Both the position numbers and the translations under genes were made by a program. Shown here in pieces: positions 9,027 to 14,355 of a stretch of DNA of 14,355 nt (position 1 is its first letter; each line of letters starts with the position of its first letter). The DNA is taken from IMG/VR virus record IMGVR_UViG_2675903289_000001. One strand, written 5' to 3'. The notes beneath the pieces were generated by a model. It did no database searches, was not told the origin of the DNA, and worked only from the letters and a program-made list of their open reading frames with translations. The DNA comes from a virus. Taxonomy: Duplodnaviria > Heunggongvirae > Uroviricota > Caudoviricetes.

Positions 9027-9046
<20 letters not shown>
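7715..9046 (-). CDS. C: Prohead protease / capsid assembly protein C (lambda gpC-like, ClpP/S49-type serine peptidase fold), GTG start, with a 23-N run near the 5' end
   Basis: Track ORF 7715..9181 is extended upstream. GTG at 9044-9046 gives (M)TAELRNLPHIASMAF... and is preceded by AGGAGGAG. Start overlaps the B 3' end by about 20 nt, as in lambda. Confidence 0.88.
8976..8998. other. Run of 23 N inside the C 5' region
   Basis: Contiguous n characters in the sequence. Confidence 0.99.
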
Positions 9047-12727
<3,681 letters not shown>

Positions 12728-12753
<26 letters not shown>

Positions 12754-13273
12754 TCAGCAACCCCGGTATCAGTTCATCCAGCGCGGCTGCTTTGTTCATG
12801 GCTTTGATGATATCCCGTTTCAGGAAATCAACATGTCGGTTTTCCAGTTCCGGAAAACGCCGCTGCACCGACAGGGGGATCCCGTCGAGAATACTGGCAA
12901 TTTCACCTGCGATCCGCGACAGCACGAAAGTACAGAATGCGGTTTCCACCACTTCAGCGGAGTCTCTGGCATTTTTCAGCTCCTGTGCGTCGGCCTGCGC
13001 ACGCGTAAGTCGATGGCGTTCGTACTCAATAGTCCCTGGCTGGAGATCTGTCTCGCTGGCCTGCCGCAGTTCTTCAACTTCCCGGCGCAGCTTTTCGTTC
13101 TCAATTTCAGCATCCCTTTCGGCATACCATCTTATAACGGCGGCAGAGTCATAAAGCACCTCATTACCCTTGCCACCGCCTCGCAGAACGGGCATTCCCT
13201 GTTCCTGCCAGTTCTGAATGGTACGGATACTCGCACCGAAAATGTCAGCCAGCTGCTTTTTGTTGACTTCCAT
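12728..13273 (-). CDS. Nu1: Terminase small subunit Nu1 (lambda gpNu1-like), 181 aa
   Basis: ORF track 12728..13273, MEVNKKQLADIFGASIRTIQNWQEQGMPVLRGGGKGNEVLYDSAAVIRWYAERD...; N-terminal winged-HTH region and 26-nt overlap with the A start. Confidence 0.96.
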
Positions 13274-13294
13274 TGTTCATTCCACGGACAAAAA

Positions 13295-13413
13295 CAGAGA
13301 AAGGAAACGACAGAGGCCAAAAAGCCCGTTTTCAGCACCTGTCGTTTCCTTTCTTTTCAGGGGGTGTTTTAAATAAAAACATTAGGTTACGGCGAAGAAG
13401 AACGGAAACGCCT
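13295..13413. promoter_or_regulatory. cosB: three Nu1-binding R elements (R1 ~13295-13313, R2 ~13339-13353 in inverted orientation, R3 ~13401-13413) with an AT-rich IHF-type spacer between R2 and R3
   Basis: Shared core ggaaacg/cgtttcc seen at 13303-13309 (+), 13343-13349 (inverted) and 13404-13410 (+). Position between the Nu1 start and cosN matches lambda cosB organisation. Confidence 0.65.
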
Positions 13414-13450
13414 TAAACCGGAAAATTGTCATAAATAGCGAAAACCCGCG

Positions 13451-13462
13451 CGCCTTCCGCCC
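13451..13462. other. cosN core (12-bp cohesive-end segment) - variant sequence
   Basis: Plus strand cgccttccgccc (GGGCGGAAGGCG in packaging orientation), flanked by lambda-like sequence on both sides; lambda has GGGCGGCGACCT here as I recall. Confidence 0.6.
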
Positions 13463-13484
13463 CGTAACCTGTCGGATCGCCGGA

Positions 13485-13491
13485 AAGGACC
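13485..13491. other. cosQ-like heptamer (aggaccc, i.e. GGGTCCT in packaging orientation)
   Basis: Sequence and spacing (about 23 bp from the cosN core, on the side away from Nu1) match my recollection of lambda cosQ. Confidence 0.5.
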
Positions 13492-13661
13492 CGCAAAATG
13501 ATAATAATTATCATCTACATGTCACAACGTGCATCTACGCCATCAAACCACGTCAAATAATCAATTATGACGCAGGTATCGTATTAATTGATCTGCATCA
13601 ACTTAACGTAAAAACAACTTCAGACAATACAAATCAGCGACACTGAATACAGGGCAACCTC

Positions 13662-13895
13662 ATGTCAACGAAGAACAGAACCCGCAGAACAACAACCCGC
13701 AACATCCGCTTTCCTAACCAAATGATTGAACAAATTAACATCGCTCTTGTTCAAAAAGGGTCCGGGAATTTCTCAGCCTGGGTCATTGAAGCCTGCCGCC
13801 GGAGACTGTGCTCAGAAAAAAGAGTTTCGCCTGAAGCAAACAAAGAAAAGAGTGACATTACTGAATTGCTCAGAAAACAGGTTAGACCAGATTGA
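13662..13895 (+). CDS. Small basic protein, putative ribbon-helix-helix (Arc/MetJ/CopG-like) DNA-binding protein, 77 aa
   Basis: ORF track 13662..13895. Arg/Thr-rich N-terminal arm, predicted beta-strand RNIRFPNQM, helix IEQINIALVQKG, GSGNF turn, helix SAWVIEACRRRL. AT-rich codon usage unlike the structural genes. Fold assignment is from the sequence pattern only. Confidence 0.55.
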   Translation: MSTKNRTRRTTTRNIRFPNQMIEQINIALVQKGSGNFSAWVIEACRRRLCSEKRVSPEANKEKSDITELLRKQVRPD

Positions 13896-13952
13896 AGCAA
13901 TTTAGATAATCGTGCAGACTACGCCCCCTCATATCACATGGAAGGTACTACA

Positions 13953-14355
13953 ATGGCTCAGGTTGCCATTTTTAAACAAATATTCGATAAAGTGCGAAAT
14001 AATTTAAACTATCACTGGTTTTATTCTGAACTAAAACGTCACAATGTCTCACATTACATTTACTATTTAGCCACAGAGAATATTCATCTTGTTCTTGAAA
14101 ACGATAATACGGTTTTAATAAAAGGACAGGGTAAGGTTGTAAATGTAAGATTTTCAAAAAATAAATGCCTTATAGAAGCCACCTTAAAAGGATTCAAATC
14201 AGGAGAGTTATCATTTTACGAATACAGGAAAAATCTTGCTACAGCAGGGGTTTTCAGATGGATTACAAATATCCACGAAAACAAAAGGTATTACTATACC
14301 TTTGATAATTCATTACTCTTTACTGAGAACATACAGAACACTACACAAATATTTC
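13953..14355 (+). CDS. DUF1398-like protein (resembles E. coli lambdoid-prophage YdfO/YbcV-type proteins), 3' end beyond the window; 134 codons present with no stop
   Basis: Absent from the ORF track because it has no stop. Manual translation from the ATG at 13953 gives [140 protein letters not shown] lies 8 nt upstream. Family assignment is from memory, not a search. Confidence 0.75.
   Translation, partial: MAQVAIFKQIFDKVRNNLNYHWFYSELKRHNVSHYIYYLATENIHLVLENDNTVLIKGQGKVVNVRFSKNKCLIEATLKGFKSGELSFYEYRKNLATAGVFRWITNIHENKRYYYTFDNSLLFTENIQNTTQIF

Noticed and set aside
12792-13372. Plus-strand ORFs 12792..13154 and 12833..13372, and minus-strand 13132..13338, across Nu1 and cosB
   Set aside because: They overlap Nu1 in other frames or on the opposite strand and run into the cosB repeats; there is no independent support and cosB is a protein-binding DNA site, not coding.
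13560-13661. Sigma-70 promoter for the RHH/DUF1398 genes
   Set aside because: Candidate hexamers (TTGATC at 13588-13593 with TAAAAA about 16 bp downstream; TATTAA at 13582-13587) fit the consensus poorly. A promoter probably exists in this AT-rich interval, but I cannot place it from sequence alone.
13972-14157. Minus-strand 61-aa ORF antisense to the DUF1398-like gene
   Set aside because: Embedded in the better-supported plus-strand gene, with AT-rich low-complexity content (Ile/Leu/Tyr/Asn-rich) and no RBS.

Overview
This window is a lambda-type (lambdoid siphovirus) virion morphogenesis module read in reverse: all structural genes are on the minus strand, and the order and overlaps match the phage lambda left arm as I recall it. 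Running from high to low coordinates the order is cos, Nu1, A, W, B, C (with nested Nu3), D, E, FI, FII, Z, U, V, G and G-T (programmed -1 frameshift), H, and the start of M. Protein sequences are recognisably those of lambda, with scattered substitutions. Beyond cos (13.5-14.4 kb) the composition turns AT-rich and two plus-strand genes appear: a small putative ribbon-helix-helix protein and a DUF1398-like protein that runs off the window and is missing from the ORF track. Five N-runs interrupt H, V, U and C. I see no CRISPR array, integrase, tRNA or inserted cargo inside the structural operon, and no evidence for a new multi-gene system. The points most worth a second look are a cosN core that differs from the lambda 12-mer, the AT-rich accessory pair beside cos, a palindrome next to cosQ, and two strong intercistronic hairpins. 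All similarity statements come from memory of the lambda proteins and cos sequence, not from a database search.
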